From NCBI GenBank assembly GCA_048227095.1, contig DBFAHJ010000085.1, positions 1-56,682 on the forward strand: a DNA stretch of 56,682 bases, given 5' to 3'. This document shows positions 1 through 10,081 of this stretch, piece by piece (position 1 is the stretch's first letter; every line of letters starts with the position of its first letter). The notes below the pieces were generated by a model. It was not told the DNA's origin, searched no databases, and was given only the letters and a program-made list of their open reading frames with translations. The position numbers were made by a program, and so were the translations under genes. This DNA comes from Collinsella aerofaciens. GTDB lineage: Bacteria > Actinomycetota > Coriobacteriia > Coriobacteriales > Coriobacteriaceae.

Positions 1-27
1 GAACATCGATGACAGAAGGAGAAATCG

Positions 28-1176
28 ATGAGTAAGAAAGAATGCATCGCGATGCTCCTCGCAGGAGGACAGGGCAGCCGATTGGGGGCACTCACCCAAA
101 AGATCGCTAAGCCGGCGGTTAGCTTTGGTGGCAAGTTCCGCATTATCGACTTTTCGCTGTCCAACTGCTCTAACTCGGGCATCGACACGGTGGGCGTTCT
201 GACGCAGTATCGCCCCTACCTGCTGCATGCCTACGTGGGCTCCGGCGAGGCGTGGGATCTGGACAGCCGCGACGGTGGCGTGTCAATCCTGCCGCCGTAC
301 GAGACGCAGACCGGCGGCGCCTGGTATGCGGGCACGGCCGACGCCATTACGCAGAACCTCGACTACATCAAAGCCAACGACCCCAAGTACGTCCTGATTC
401 TTTCGGGCGATCACCTGTATCGCATGGACTACCGCAAGATGCTCAAGACGCACATTGAGAACAACGCCGACCTCACGGTGAGCGTTATGCCCGTGCCGTG
501 GGAGGAGGCCAGCCGCTTTGGCATCCTGACCACCGACCCCGAGGACGGCCGCATCACCAAGTTCACCGAGAAGCCCGATAAGCCCGATTCGAACCTCGCT
601 TCCATGGGCATCTACATCTTCTCGGCCGACGTGCTGATCGAGGCGCTCGAGGAGGACGCTCTGGACCAGCGATCGAGCCACGACTTTGGCAAGGACATCA
701 TCCCCAAGCTGCTCGGCGAGAACAAGCGCCTGTACAGCTACGAGTTCCACGGCTTTTGGAAGGACGTCGGCACCATCGCCAGCTTCCACGAGACCTCGAT
801 GGACCTGCTGGGCAACAACCCCGAGTTCGATCTGTTCGACAAGCACTTCCCCATCATGTCCAACATCACCACGCGCCCGCCGCACTACATTGGTCCGGAT
901 GGTCGCCTGGACGACTGCCTGGTGTCCAACGGATGCAAGATCTACGGTACCGCTCGTCACTCGATCCTTTCGACCGATGTCATTATCGAGGAGCGCGCCG
1001 TGGTCGAGGACTCCGTGCTGCTGCCGGGAGCGCACGTTAAGAGCGGAGCGCACATCTGCCGCGCTATTTTGGGCGAGAACTCCACAGTCGAAGAGGGCGT
1101 GAAGCTCGGCTCTGTCGATACCACCAAGGATACGGCCGTCGTTGGAAATGACGTCGTTATTGGGAAGGGGGAATGA
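28..1176 (+). CDS. glgC: Glucose-1-phosphate adenylyltransferase, catalytic subunit
   Basis: [44 protein letters not shown] and FWKDVGT motifs; RBS aaggag upstream. Confidence 0.97.
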   Translation: MSKKECIAMLLAGGQGSRLGALTQKIAKPAVSFGGKFRIIDFSLSNCSNSGIDTVGVLTQYRPYLLHAYVGSGEAWDLDSRDGGVSILPPYETQTGGAWYAGTADAITQNLDYIKANDPKYVLILSGDHLYRMDYRKMLKTHIENNADLTVSVMPVPWEEASRFGILTTDPEDGRITKFTEKPDKPDSNLASMGIYIFSADVLIEALEEDALDQRSSHDFGKDIIPKLLGENKRLYSYEFHGFWKDVGTIASFHETSMDLLGNNPEFDLFDKHFPIMSNITTRPPHYIGPDGRLDDCLVSNGCKIYGTARHSILSTDVIIEERAVVEDSVLLPGAHVKSGAHICRAILGENSTVEEGVKLGSVDTTKDTAVVGNDVVIGKGE

Positions 1177-1180
1177 TCCG

Positions 1181-2308
1181 ATGATCAATCGCAAGGCCAT
1201 CGGTTATATCACCGCTAACTACTCTTCGACCTACGGCAGCGTGCTACTCAAGGACCGCCCCATCGCGTCCGTTCCGTTTTTGGGTCGCTACCGCCTGATC
1301 GACTTCCCGCTGTCCAACATGATGAATGCCGGCATCAAGACCGTCGGCGTCGTCATGCCGGGCAACTACCGCTCGCTGATCGACCACGTGGGCTCGGGCA
1401 AGGACTGGGGCCTGGACCGCAAGAAGGGCGGCCTGTTCATGGTCCCCGGCAACGCGTACGGCACCACCAAGGGCGGCATGCGCTTCCTGCTGCGCGACAT
1501 CATCTCCAACAAGACGCTGTTCCAGCGCTCGGACAAGCCCTATGTCGTGATGATGGGCACCAATATCATCTTTAACATGGACCTCAACACCATCATCGAC
1601 GCGCACGAGAACTCCGGCGCCCAGATGACCGTGGTGTACTGCAAGGCCACGCGCAACGTCGATGACGAGACCAAGCTGCAGATCAACGAGAACGGCCGCC
1701 TGACGGGCGTGAGCGCCGGCGTCGTGTACGGCGACAACGCCTCTATGGACTGCTGCATCGTCAACCGCGAGACGCTGCTCGAGATCATCGACCACTACCA
1801 GGCCGCGGACTATCTGGACCTGCTCGAGGCACTCCAGGGCGACTTTGGCAACATCGACGTGTGCAGCTACGAGTACAAGGGCGAGGTCGTGGGCGTGTTT
1901 AGCGAGAAGTCGCTGTACCGCCGCAGCATGGACCTGCTCGACCAGACCGTGGCCGACCATCTCTTTGACCCCGAGCGCCCGATTCTGACCAAGGCTCACG
2001 ACGTGCCGCCTTCGCGCTATGCGACCGGCAGCCACGCCTGCAACTCGATCATCTCGGCTGGCTGCATCATCAAGGGCACCGTGCGCAACTCGATCCTGTC
2101 GCGCGGCGTCGTGGTCGAGGAAGGCGCCTCGGTGACGAACTCGATCATCAACCAGAGCTGCGTCATCAAGAGCGGCGCCCGCGTTGAGAATGCAATCCTG
2201 GACAAGAACAACGTGGTTCCCACCAACACCGAGCTTCGCGGCACGCCCGAGAACATCCTGGTGCTGGGAAAGGCCCCGTTAACTTCTGATATCACCAACG
2301 CGAGCTAG
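1181..2308 (+). CDS. glgD: Glucose-1-phosphate adenylyltransferase subunit GlgD
   Basis: RPIASVPFLGRYRLIDFPLSNM and HVGSGKDWGLDRKKGGLF; follows glgC; start placed at the ATG of MINRK. Confidence 0.93.
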   Translation: MINRKAIGYITANYSSTYGSVLLKDRPIASVPFLGRYRLIDFPLSNMMNAGIKTVGVVMPGNYRSLIDHVGSGKDWGLDRKKGGLFMVPGNAYGTTKGGMRFLLRDIISNKTLFQRSDKPYVVMMGTNIIFNMDLNTIIDAHENSGAQMTVVYCKATRNVDDETKLQINENGRLTGVSAGVVYGDNASMDCCIVNRETLLEIIDHYQAADYLDLLEALQGDFGNIDVCSYEYKGEVVGVFSEKSLYRRSMDLLDQTVADHLFDPERPILTKAHDVPPSRYATGSHACNSIISAGCIIKGTVRNSILSRGVVVEEGASVTNSIINQSCVIKSGARVENAILDKNNVVPTNTELRGTPENILVLGKAPLTSDITNAS

Positions 2309-2339
2309 CTTTGGCACCGCAACATCGCTCGTAACACGT

Positions 2340-2375
2340 AGAATAGCCGCCCGGTTTGCGCCAGGCGGCTATTCT
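2340..2375. other. Intercistronic hairpin between glgD and glgA
   Basis: agaatagccgcc / ggcggctattct, 12-bp perfect stem with 12-nt loop, no U-tract. Confidence 0.6.
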
Positions 2376-2397
2376 CGAATTGCAACAGGGAGACAAT

Positions 2398-4680
2398 ATG
2401 GCTGATTCCAGCAAAAAGATGCAGATCGTGTTTGCCTCGGCCGAGTGCGCACCGTTTGTGAAGACCGGTGGCCTGGGCGACGTGGCGGGCTCGCTGCCCG
2501 CGGCGCTTGTGCGCGCCGGCGCCGAAGTAATCGTGATGGTGCCCAAGTACGCCACCATCAAGGACGAGTACAAGGCGCAGATGGAGCACTTCTCCGACTT
2601 TTACGTGAGCCTGGGCTGGCGCAATGAGTACTGCGGACTCGAGAAGCTCGAGCACGACGGCGTCACCTATATGTTCATCGACAACGAGCGCTACTTTGCG
2701 CGCGACTATCCGTACGGCTTCTTTGACGACGGCGAGCGCTTCGCGTTCTTCTCCAAGGCCATCACCGAGAGCCTACAGCACCTGCCGGCCGGCTTTGAAT
2801 GCGACATCCTACACTGCAACGACTGGCAGACGGCACTGGCGCCCGTGTTCCTGCGCGAGTTCTACCAGGGCTTGCCGCTCTACGAGCGCGTCAAGACCGT
2901 GTTCTCGATCCACAATGTGGCGTTCCAGGGCCAGTTTAGCGACACCGTGATGGAGGACATCCTGGGTGTGGCGCATATTCCGGCGGCCGCCTCGCAGCTG
3001 CGTTGCGACGCCTGCAGCATCAACTACATGCTGGGCGCCCTGCGCTATGCCGACGCCATCACTACGGTGAGCCCTACCTATGCCAACGAGATCCAGACGC
3101 CCGAGTTTGGCGAGGGCCTGGACGGCGTTCTGCGCGAGCGTTCGTACGCGCTGCAGGGCATTTTGAATGGCATCGACGTCGCGGGCTTTGACCCGGCGAC
3201 CGACAAGCGCATTGCCGCCAACTACACCGTCGAGGACCGTTCTGGCAAGGCCGTGTGCAAGGCCAAGCTGCAGGAAGAGCTGGGGCTCGAGGTTCGCGAC
3301 GACCGTCCGCTTATGGTCATGGTCACGCGTCTGACGCGCCAGAAGGGCCTAGACCTGGTCATGTACGCGCTCGACCGCATTCTGGCCGGCGGCGTGCAGG
3401 TGGCGGTGCTGGGCACCGGCGACCGCGACTACGAGGACGGCCTGCGCTACTTCCAGGACAAGTACCCCGGCACCATGGCGGCGCGCATCGAGTTCGATCC
3501 GGCACTGTCGCAGCGCATGTATGCCGCCGCCGACATGTTCCTGATGCCTTCGAAGTTTGAGCCCTGCGGTCTGTCGCAGATCATCGCCATGCGCTACGGC
3601 ACCCTGCCGATTGTTCGCGAAACCGGTGGTCTGAAGGACACCGTGCAGCCGTACAACGAGTTTACCGGCGAGGGCACGGGCTTCTCGTTTAGCAACTTTA
3701 ACGGCGACGAGATGGGCGACGCGGTGTTCCGCGCGGCGCGCCTGTTCTGGGATAACCGTGACGCCTGGAACCAGCTGGTCACGCAGGCCATGAGCCAGGA
3801 CTTTAGCTGGACGCGCTCGGCCGACAAGTATCTGGACCTGTACTTCTTTATGCATCCGGAGATTGAGAGGCCGGCGGCAGTTGTCGACGAGCCTAAAGCT
3901 GTTGCTGAGCCGGAGTCCAAGGCCGAGGAGAAGCCGGTTGAAGCTGAGCCCGCAAAGGCCGAGCCTGAGGTGAAGGCTGAGGTTGCTCCTGAGGCAAAGG
4001 CTGAGGTCAAGCCCGCTGCAAAGCCCGCAGCTAAGAAGACCACGACCCGCAAGACGACCACTAAGAAGGTTACGACGACCAAGTCTGCCGCGACTAAAAC
4101 AACGGCTGCCAAGGCAACGACCACGCGCAAGCGCACGACCGCCGCTGCCAAGAAGGCCGCCGAAGCCGAGGCTGCTCCCGAGGTAAAGGCCGAGGTCGCT
4201 AAGGCCAAGCCGGCCACCAAGGCTCCGGCAAAGACTGCTGCCAAGAAGACAACGGCAGCCAAGAAGACCACGGCAACGAAGTTGACGACCACGAAGGCCG
4301 CCACGACCAAGTCAGCCGCAAAGGCGGCAGCCAAGGTCGAGGAGACGCCTGCAGAGTCCAAGGCGGAGGTAACCGTCGAGACCAAGCCCGCCGCCAAGAC
4401 CACCACGCGAAAGCGCACGACGACGGCCAAGAAGACCACGGCAAAGACCACGACTCCCAAGGCAGAGACTAAGCCAGCTGCTGCCAAAGAGGAGCCCAAG
4501 GCCGAGGTAAAGACTAAGCCGGCGCCGAAGGCCGCTGAGGTCAAGGCCGCACCGAAGGCAGAGACTAAGCCCGAGCCTGCCAAGGAGACCCCGGTCTCCC
4601 CCGCCGCTCCGGCAGAGAAAAAGGCCCCGTCCAAGAAGACGTCCGTCCGCAAGGCAACGGCCACCCGCAAGCGCCGCTAG
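2398..4680 (+). CDS. glgA: Glycogen synthase (GT5) with long Lys/Ala/Thr-rich C-terminal extension
   Basis: KTGGLGDV, HCNDWQT, SIHNVAFQG, FEPCGLSQ and RETGGLKDTV; ATG at 2398 after gggag RBS; residues ~489-760 are low complexity. Confidence 0.96.
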   Translation: MADSSKKMQIVFASAECAPFVKTGGLGDVAGSLPAALVRAGAEVIVMVPKYATIKDEYKAQMEHFSDFYVSLGWRNEYCGLEKLEHDGVTYMFIDNERYFARDYPYGFFDDGERFAFFSKAITESLQHLPAGFECDILHCNDWQTALAPVFLREFYQGLPLYERVKTVFSIHNVAFQGQFSDTVMEDILGVAHIPAAASQLRCDACSINYMLGALRYADAITTVSPTYANEIQTPEFGEGLDGVLRERSYALQGILNGIDVAGFDPATDKRIAANYTVEDRSGKAVCKAKLQEELGLEVRDDRPLMVMVTRLTRQKGLDLVMYALDRILAGGVQVAVLGTGDRDYEDGLRYFQDKYPGTMAARIEFDPALSQRMYAAADMFLMPSKFEPCGLSQIIAMRYGTLPIVRETGGLKDTVQPYNEFTGEGTGFSFSNFNGDEMGDAVFRAARLFWDNRDAWNQLVTQAMSQDFSWTRSADKYLDLYFFMHPEIERPAAVVDEPKAVAEPESKAEEKPVEAEPAKAEPEVKAEVAPEAKAEVKPAAKPAAKKTTTRKTTTKKVTTTKSAATKTTAAKATTTRKRTTAAAKKAAEAEAAPEVKAEVAKAKPATKAPAKTAAKKTTAAKKTTATKLTTTKAATTKSAAKAAAKVEETPAESKAEVTVETKPAAKTTTRKRTTTAKKTTAKTTTPKAETKPAAAKEEPKAEVKTKPAPKAAEVKAAPKAETKPEPAKETPVSPAAPAEKKAPSKKTSVRKATATRKRR

Positions 4681-4716
4681 CCCACAGACGATCCAAAACC
4701 TAATCAAACCCTATGC

Positions 4717-4748
4717 AAGGGGCGCTCCAACCGGGCGCCCCTTCTCTG
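4717..4748 (+). terminator. Probable intrinsic terminator after glgA
   Basis: aaggggcgc...gcgcccctt hairpin followed by pyrimidines. Confidence 0.6.
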
Positions 4749-4898
4749 TAGGTAGTTGGTAAAACGATTTTCTAGGACAACCGTTCGCCGATGGTAAACG
4801 GATGTTGTTTATACAGCCTATGTACAACAGATATACTTACTTCCTGTGCGTAAAGCCCATGGCCCGCAGGCCGTGATTCTATTGAACTGGACCGTATT

Positions 4899-7800
4899 AT
4901 GAGATTGATACACAACAGCCGTCTGCCGCAGTTTCGCATTCCGTTTGGCGCTGTGACCACTGGAACTTCCGTTTCGCTCTCGGTGATTTTGGAGGATGCC
5001 GACCCCAACCAGGCAGCGCTTACCCTGCGTACCTGGGTCGATGAAATCGGTGAGTCTCTGTATCCCATGACGCACGAGGGCGACGGTATATTTACCGTAG
5101 AGCTTGAGTGCACCGAACCCTGCCTTGTGTGGTACAGCTTTATATGCAATATCGAAGGTCAGCCCGAGGTCCGCCTGGGCGCGCCGCAAGGCCGCACCGG
5201 CGGCGAGGGCGTAACCTACGACTACGCCGAGGTTCCGTCCTTCCAGATTACCGTCTACAAGCACCGCGAGAACCGTCCCACTTGGTACGAGCGCGGTATG
5301 GTCTACCAGATTTTCCCCGACCGCTATGCCCGCGACGAAAACTGGCGCGAGCGCACGCTTGCCGAGGTCGAAAAACCGCGCAACGGAATCCAGCGCCGCA
5401 TGGTCGAGGACTGGAACGAACCGCCCGAGTACGAGCGTGCCGAGGACGGCTCCATCAAGACCTGGGATTTTTACGGCGGCTCGCTCAAGGGTATCCAAAA
5501 TGACCTGCCCCGCATTGCCGAGCTAGGCTTTACGGCCATCTACCTCAACCCAATCTTTGAGGCCTCGAGCAACCACCGCTACGACACGGCCGACTACACC
5601 AAGATCGACCCGATCCTGGGCACCGAGCAGGACTTTACCGAGCTGTGCCAGGCAGCCGAGAAGCTGGGCATCTCCATCATCCTGGACGGCGTCTTCAACC
5701 ACACGGGCGACGATTCGATCTATTTCAACCGCTACGGCAACTATCCCGGCGTGGGCGCTTGGCAGAGCGAGGATTCACCGTGGCGCGATGCGTTTACCTT
5801 CCACGAGGACGGCTCGTACGACTGCTGGTGGGGCGTGGGCAACATGCCAGCCATCAACGAGAAGTCCGAGCTTGTGCGCGAGAGGCTCCTGGGCAAGGAC
5901 GGCGTGATCCGCAAATGGCTGCGCGCCGGTGCCCATGGTTGGCGTCTGGACGTCGCTGACGAGCTTTCCGACGACTTCCTGGCCGAAATCAAAAAGGCCG
6001 TGCTCGCCGAGAAGCCCGACGCGCTGCTGCTCGGCGAAGTCTGGGAGGACGCTTCCAACAAGATCAGCTATGGTCACCTGCGTCGCTATCTGCAGGGCTC
6101 GGAGCTCGACTCCGCCATGGACTACCCCTTCCGCGACATGGTCATCGGCTTTTTGATGGGCTACAAGAACGCATATCAGGCTGCTGAGGACATCGAGACC
6201 CTGCGCGAGAACTACCCGCGCGAGGCACTGGCCTGCGCACTCAATCTGCTTTCGAGCCACGACCGTCCTCGCATTATCTCGGTGCTCGGCGGCGGCCCAG
6301 ATGAGTCGCAGCTGCCCGAGAGCGAGCGCAGCAAATGGCGCCTGGACGATAACTCGATGGGCCTGGCCAAGAGCCGTTTTTGGTTGGCGACGCTCATGCA
6401 GATGACCTTCCCGGGCGTACCCTCAATCTATTACGGCGATGAGTACGGCCTGGAGGGCCTCACCGATCCGGGCAACCGCCGCACCCTGCCGACCAAGGAC
6501 CAACTCCACGACTTCGACACGCTGGCCATTGTTAAGAACGCGTCTGCCGTGCGCCGCGCGCTGCCCTTTATGGTCGATGGCGAGATCAAGGCCTTTGCTC
6601 TCAACGACGAAGTCTTGGCTTACACCCGCACGGGCAAAGACGGCGAGGCCGCGACGGTTATCATCAACCGCAGTCTGCGCAATTCGCACTGCGTGACGAT
6701 CCCAGCGCTCGGCGAATGTGCAAGCGACGTGATCAGCGGCCACGAATGCGAAATCCACAACGGCACGGTTACGCTCGACCTGTACCCGCTGGGCTCTTCG
6801 ATCATCTATCACCATGCCGAGAAGCGCCTGCAGGAGCCGCTCGATCACGGCGCGGGCGTCGTGTGCCACATCACCTCGGTGCCGACCGATGACGGCAAGC
6901 CTGGCACAATCGGTGCGCCCACGCGTCGCTTTATCGATCACCTAGCCGCCATGGGCATGCGCTACTGGCAGGTCCTGCCCGTCAATCCTACGGACTTTTT
7001 CCGCTCCCCTTATGCCGGCCCTTCGGCCTTTGCAGGCAATATCGACCTGCTGCCCGAGAGCCACGAGGAGCTGGCTGCCGACTTCGTCACCTGGAAGGCC
7101 CGCGGCGGCGAGGATGCCGACCCGCTGTACACGGCGTTTAAACATCGCAATGCCGATTGGCTCGAGAAGTACTGCGTCTACATGGCCGTTAAGAAGTACT
7201 TTGAGGGCGAGTCGCGCCACGATTGGCCGGCGGATGTCGCGCGCTACAACGAGCACCTGATCGATGACAAGCGCTTCCACGACGAGGCCGAGCTGCAGGC
7301 GTACATGCAGTATCGCTTTGACCTTGCCTGGTGCGAGCTCATGAACTATGCGCACAAGAAGGGCATCGAGGTCATCGGCGACATTCCCATGTATGTTTCG
7401 GATGATTCGGCCGACGCATGGAGCGAGCCCGAAAACTTCTGGCTATCCGACACCGGCAAGGCAATTGAGATTTCAGGCGCGCCGCCCGACAACTTTGCGC
7501 CCGAGGGCCAGGTGTGGGGCAACCCCACCTTCCGCTGGGATCACATGAAGGAGAACGGCTATAGCTGGTGGATGGATCGCCTGCGTCGTGCGTTTTCACT
7601 CTACGACCGCGTGCGCCTGGACCACTTCCTGGGCTTCCACAGCTACTTTAGCATCCCCGCCGGCAAGGCCTGTGCCGATGGCCGCTGGCTGGCGGGCCCG
7701 GGCAAGGACCTGTTCAAGACCGCCTATGACGAGCTTGGTCCGCTTAACTTTATCGCCGAGGACCTCGGCTATTTGACGCCCGGTGTTCGCGCGATGGCTT

Positions 7801-8195
7801 CGACCTGCGGCTTCCCAGGCATGGACGTACTGGAGTTCAGCGACTACGACGTTCGCTGCGGAATTCATCCCGCACCGGGCAAGATCCTGTATACCTCGAC
7901 GCACGACACCTCGACGCTCGCCGGCTGGTGCACGCGCTCCTTTGCGGGCGGCGACGAGCCGAGCGGCATTGAACTGGCAAGCGAGCTCATGGGCGATGCC
8001 CTAGCAAGCGATGCTCCACTCGTGATGATGCCGCTGCAGGACGTGTTGGGGCTGGGCGACGATGCACGTATGAACGTGCCGGGCGTGGCCACGGGCAACT
8101 GGACATGGCAGGCGCAGGAGGCCGACGTTGCGGCAGCCGAGGAGAAAACTGCGAAGCTCCTGCGTAGCACCCATAGATTCTGGGGCGAAGCGTGA
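4899..8195 (+). CDS. Fused GH13 amylopullulanase/neopullulanase-like debranching domain plus GH77 4-alpha-glucanotransferase (MalQ-like)
   Basis: GH13: YQIFPDR, DGVFNH, GWRLDVADE, GEVWED, SSHDRPR. GH77: WQVLPVNP..SPY, GDIPMYV, GQVWGNP, RLDHFLGF, AEDLG, STHDT, RMNVPG..GNW. Confidence 0.9.
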   Translation: MRLIHNSRLPQFRIPFGAVTTGTSVSLSVILEDADPNQAALTLRTWVDEIGESLYPMTHEGDGIFTVELECTEPCLVWYSFICNIEGQPEVRLGAPQGRTGGEGVTYDYAEVPSFQITVYKHRENRPTWYERGMVYQIFPDRYARDENWRERTLAEVEKPRNGIQRRMVEDWNEPPEYERAEDGSIKTWDFYGGSLKGIQNDLPRIAELGFTAIYLNPIFEASSNHRYDTADYTKIDPILGTEQDFTELCQAAEKLGISIILDGVFNHTGDDSIYFNRYGNYPGVGAWQSEDSPWRDAFTFHEDGSYDCWWGVGNMPAINEKSELVRERLLGKDGVIRKWLRAGAHGWRLDVADELSDDFLAEIKKAVLAEKPDALLLGEVWEDASNKISYGHLRRYLQGSELDSAMDYPFRDMVIGFLMGYKNAYQAAEDIETLRENYPREALACALNLLSSHDRPRIISVLGGGPDESQLPESERSKWRLDDNSMGLAKSRFWLATLMQMTFPGVPSIYYGDEYGLEGLTDPGNRRTLPTKDQLHDFDTLAIVKNASAVRRALPFMVDGEIKAFALNDEVLAYTRTGKDGEAATVIINRSLRNSHCVTIPALGECASDVISGHECEIHNGTVTLDLYPLGSSIIYHHAEKRLQEPLDHGAGVVCHITSVPTDDGKPGTIGAPTRRFIDHLAAMGMRYWQVLPVNPTDFFRSPYAGPSAFAGNIDLLPESHEELAADFVTWKARGGEDADPLYTAFKHRNADWLEKYCVYMAVKKYFEGESRHDWPADVARYNEHLIDDKRFHDEAELQAYMQYRFDLAWCELMNYAHKKGIEVIGDIPMYVSDDSADAWSEPENFWLSDTGKAIEISGAPPDNFAPEGQVWGNPTFRWDHMKENGYSWWMDRLRRAFSLYDRVRLDHFLGFHSYFSIPAGKACADGRWLAGPGKDLFKTAYDELGPLNFIAEDLGYLTPGVRAMASTCGFPGMDVLEFSDYDVRCGIHPAPGKILYTSTHDTSTLAGWCTRSFAGGDEPSGIELASELMGDALASDAPLVMMPLQDVLGLGDDARMNVPGVATGNWTWQAQEADVAAAEEKTAKLLRSTHRFWGEA

Positions 8196-8283
8196 TAAAA
8201 CCCCCGATATAGGGTACAGTTACAGACGTTTGAATTTATGCGGGCAGAGTAATCTGCCCGCTTTGTGCTGAAAAGGAAGTATT

Positions 8284-8520
8284 ATGGCGCGCTACGATTA
8301 CAAGTGCTCGAGCTGCGGCAACGTGTTTGAGGTTGAGCATCCCATGTCCGAGACTCCCGAGGTCGTGTGCCCCAGCTGCGGTGCCCCGGCGGCCAAGACG
8401 TTCTCGGCCAGCGGCATTAAATTTGAGGGCAGCGGTTTCTACAACACCGATCAACGAAGCGGCGGCTCCAGTACCAACGCCACCAGTGGCTGCTGCGCCA
8501 ACTGCCCGCATAGCCACTAG
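8284..8520 (+). CDS. FmdB-family zinc-ribbon protein
   Basis: MARYDYKCSSCG..FE..CPSCG..FEGSGFYNTD pattern; aaagga RBS. Confidence 0.88.
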   Translation: MARYDYKCSSCGNVFEVEHPMSETPEVVCPSCGAPAAKTFSASGIKFEGSGFYNTDQRSGGSSTNATSGCCANCPHSH

Positions 8521-8529
8521 GAACCAAGC

Positions 8530-8567
8530 AGCCCCGCGACCAAAACCGATCGCGGGGCTATTTCTTT
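8530..8567 (+). terminator. Intrinsic terminator after the FmdB gene
   Basis: agccccgcga / tcgcggggct stem followed by atttcttt. Confidence 0.7.
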
Positions 8568-8608
8568 GCTCTATGGGTAGTTAATTAAGCTACCCAGGTT
8601 TCCTTGTG

Positions 8609-8674
8609 AGTTGCGGTGAAATAAGGACTGTTGGCGGGCAGAAGCGGCTTTTCATTCCCTATTTCACCGCAACT
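8609..8674. repeat. REP-like palindromic repeat, family A copy 1
   Basis: agttgcggtgaaataaggactg...cattccctatttcaccgcaact; same arms at 24834 and 55566. Confidence 0.9.
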
Positions 8675-8680
8675 TAGTCG

Positions 8681-10081
8681 TTACTTGTGGACCAGTCTGG
8701 CGCAGAAGTGGCCGTCGTAGGAGTCGGCGTTTACCGGCACGCTTTGGAAGAGGCCTCGATCGTTCTGGCGTACGGATACGAGCTTCTTGGCCTGATCGAA
8801 CTCGGGGAGTTGCAGAATCTGTGCCTCGGAAAGCGGTGCCACGCTAAAGCCGGCACCCTCGGGAGAAGCAAGGAACGCGTCCACCACCTGCGTGTTCTCC
8901 TCGTCGAAGACGGAGCACGTCGCATAGATGAGCTCGCCGCCGGCAGCCACGCGCGCGGCGGCTTCCTTGAGCATCGACAGCTGCAGTTTGGGCAGCTCAA
9001 CCGTCACATCCTTTTCGGTCAGACGCCACGGAATCTCGGGATGACGACGCATGGTTCCGGTGCCCGAGCACGGCGCATCGATAAAGACCGTGTCGAATTT
9101 AACCGGCTCGCCAAGCATGGCATCAAACGATGTGAGCACCTCATCAAGCTCGCAGGCATCGCCCGAAACCGTACGAACGCCCTGAATACCCGCCTTGTGA
9201 AGGCGCGCGAGATTTAGGTCGCACTTACGGTCATGAAGATCAAGTGCCGTATGCAGACGCTCATAGCCGGCGCGCTTGGCCTGGCACATCATCACATAGG
9301 TCTTGGTACCGCGACCGGCGCCAATCTCAAGGCAGCTTCCAGGGCGCGTGGCAGCTGTGGCGATGAGCTGAGCGTTAAGGTCCGAGGCCACCGCGGCAGC
9401 ACGCTCAAACACACCCGAAGCAACGGTAACCTGGGCATCAACCGGAGCATGGCAGCCCGGGAAGACAGGCGCGACGAGCTGCGAGATATACGGATCGGGC
9501 TTAGTCGCAAAGGCGTTCTCATGCAGGGCCAGCGGCGCGGAGGCCAGATTGCCGGCAAAGTTAAGCGCACCCTCGGGCGTGTCAAACGACGCCATAATAC
9601 GAGCGCACAGCCAACGCGGCAGACCCATCAGGCGCGACAGACGAACCAAGCGTCGCTCAGACTCGTCTACATCGGACGCCGTGGCAAAGTCCTCAACGTT
9701 GTCCGCGACCTTATGCAGCACGGCATTGGCCAAACCGGCGGCAGACTTAGCTCCGCTGCGCACCAGCTCAACGCCCTGACTCACCGCAACGCGGCCAGGC
9801 GTATGCAGATAGAGCATCTCGAAGGCTGAGATACGAAGTGCCATGCGAACACGCGGCGCAACCTTTTTAGGCTTATCGAGAAACTGATCGAGCAGCTCGT
9901 CCAAAATACCCTGCGTAGCGGCCACACCCAGCGCCAAGCGGGCGGCAAAAGCGGAATCGCGCTGGTCAATAGCCTTGGCCGATGCGCGAGTGGACAGCAC
10001 GTCACGCGCATACATGCCGCGGCGATCGGCCTCCATTAGCACATCGAGCGCAAGTTTGCGCGCGGGAGACAGCTTGCTCAT
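8681..10081 (-). CDS. rsmB: 16S rRNA m5C methyltransferase RsmB/Sun with NusB-like N-terminal domain
   Basis: DAPCSGTGT.RRHPEI and IYATCS motifs; ATGA overlap with the fmt stop. Confidence 0.88.
   Translation of the reverse strand: MSKLSPARKLALDVLMEADRRGMYARDVLSTRASAKAIDQRDSAFAARLALGVAATQGILDELLDQFLDKPKKVAPRVRMALRISAFEMLYLHTPGRVAVSQGVELVRSGAKSAAGLANAVLHKVADNVEDFATASDVDESERRLVRLSRLMGLPRWLCARIMASFDTPEGALNFAGNLASAPLALHENAFATKPDPYISQLVAPVFPGCHAPVDAQVTVASGVFERAAAVASDLNAQLIATAATRPGSCLEIGAGRGTKTYVMMCQAKRAGYERLHTALDLHDRKCDLNLARLHKAGIQGVRTVSGDACELDEVLTSFDAMLGEPVKFDTVFIDAPCSGTGTMRRHPEIPWRLTEKDVTVELPKLQLSMLKEAAARVAAGGELIYATCSVFDEENTQVVDAFLASPEGAGFSVAPLSEAQILQLPEFDQAKKLVSVRQNDRGLFQSVPVNADSYDGHFCARLVHK

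Noticed and set aside
3594..4670. Hydrophobic 358-aa antisense ORF that looks like a membrane protein
   Set aside because: It is the mirror of the Lys/Ala/Thr codon repeats in the glgA tail.
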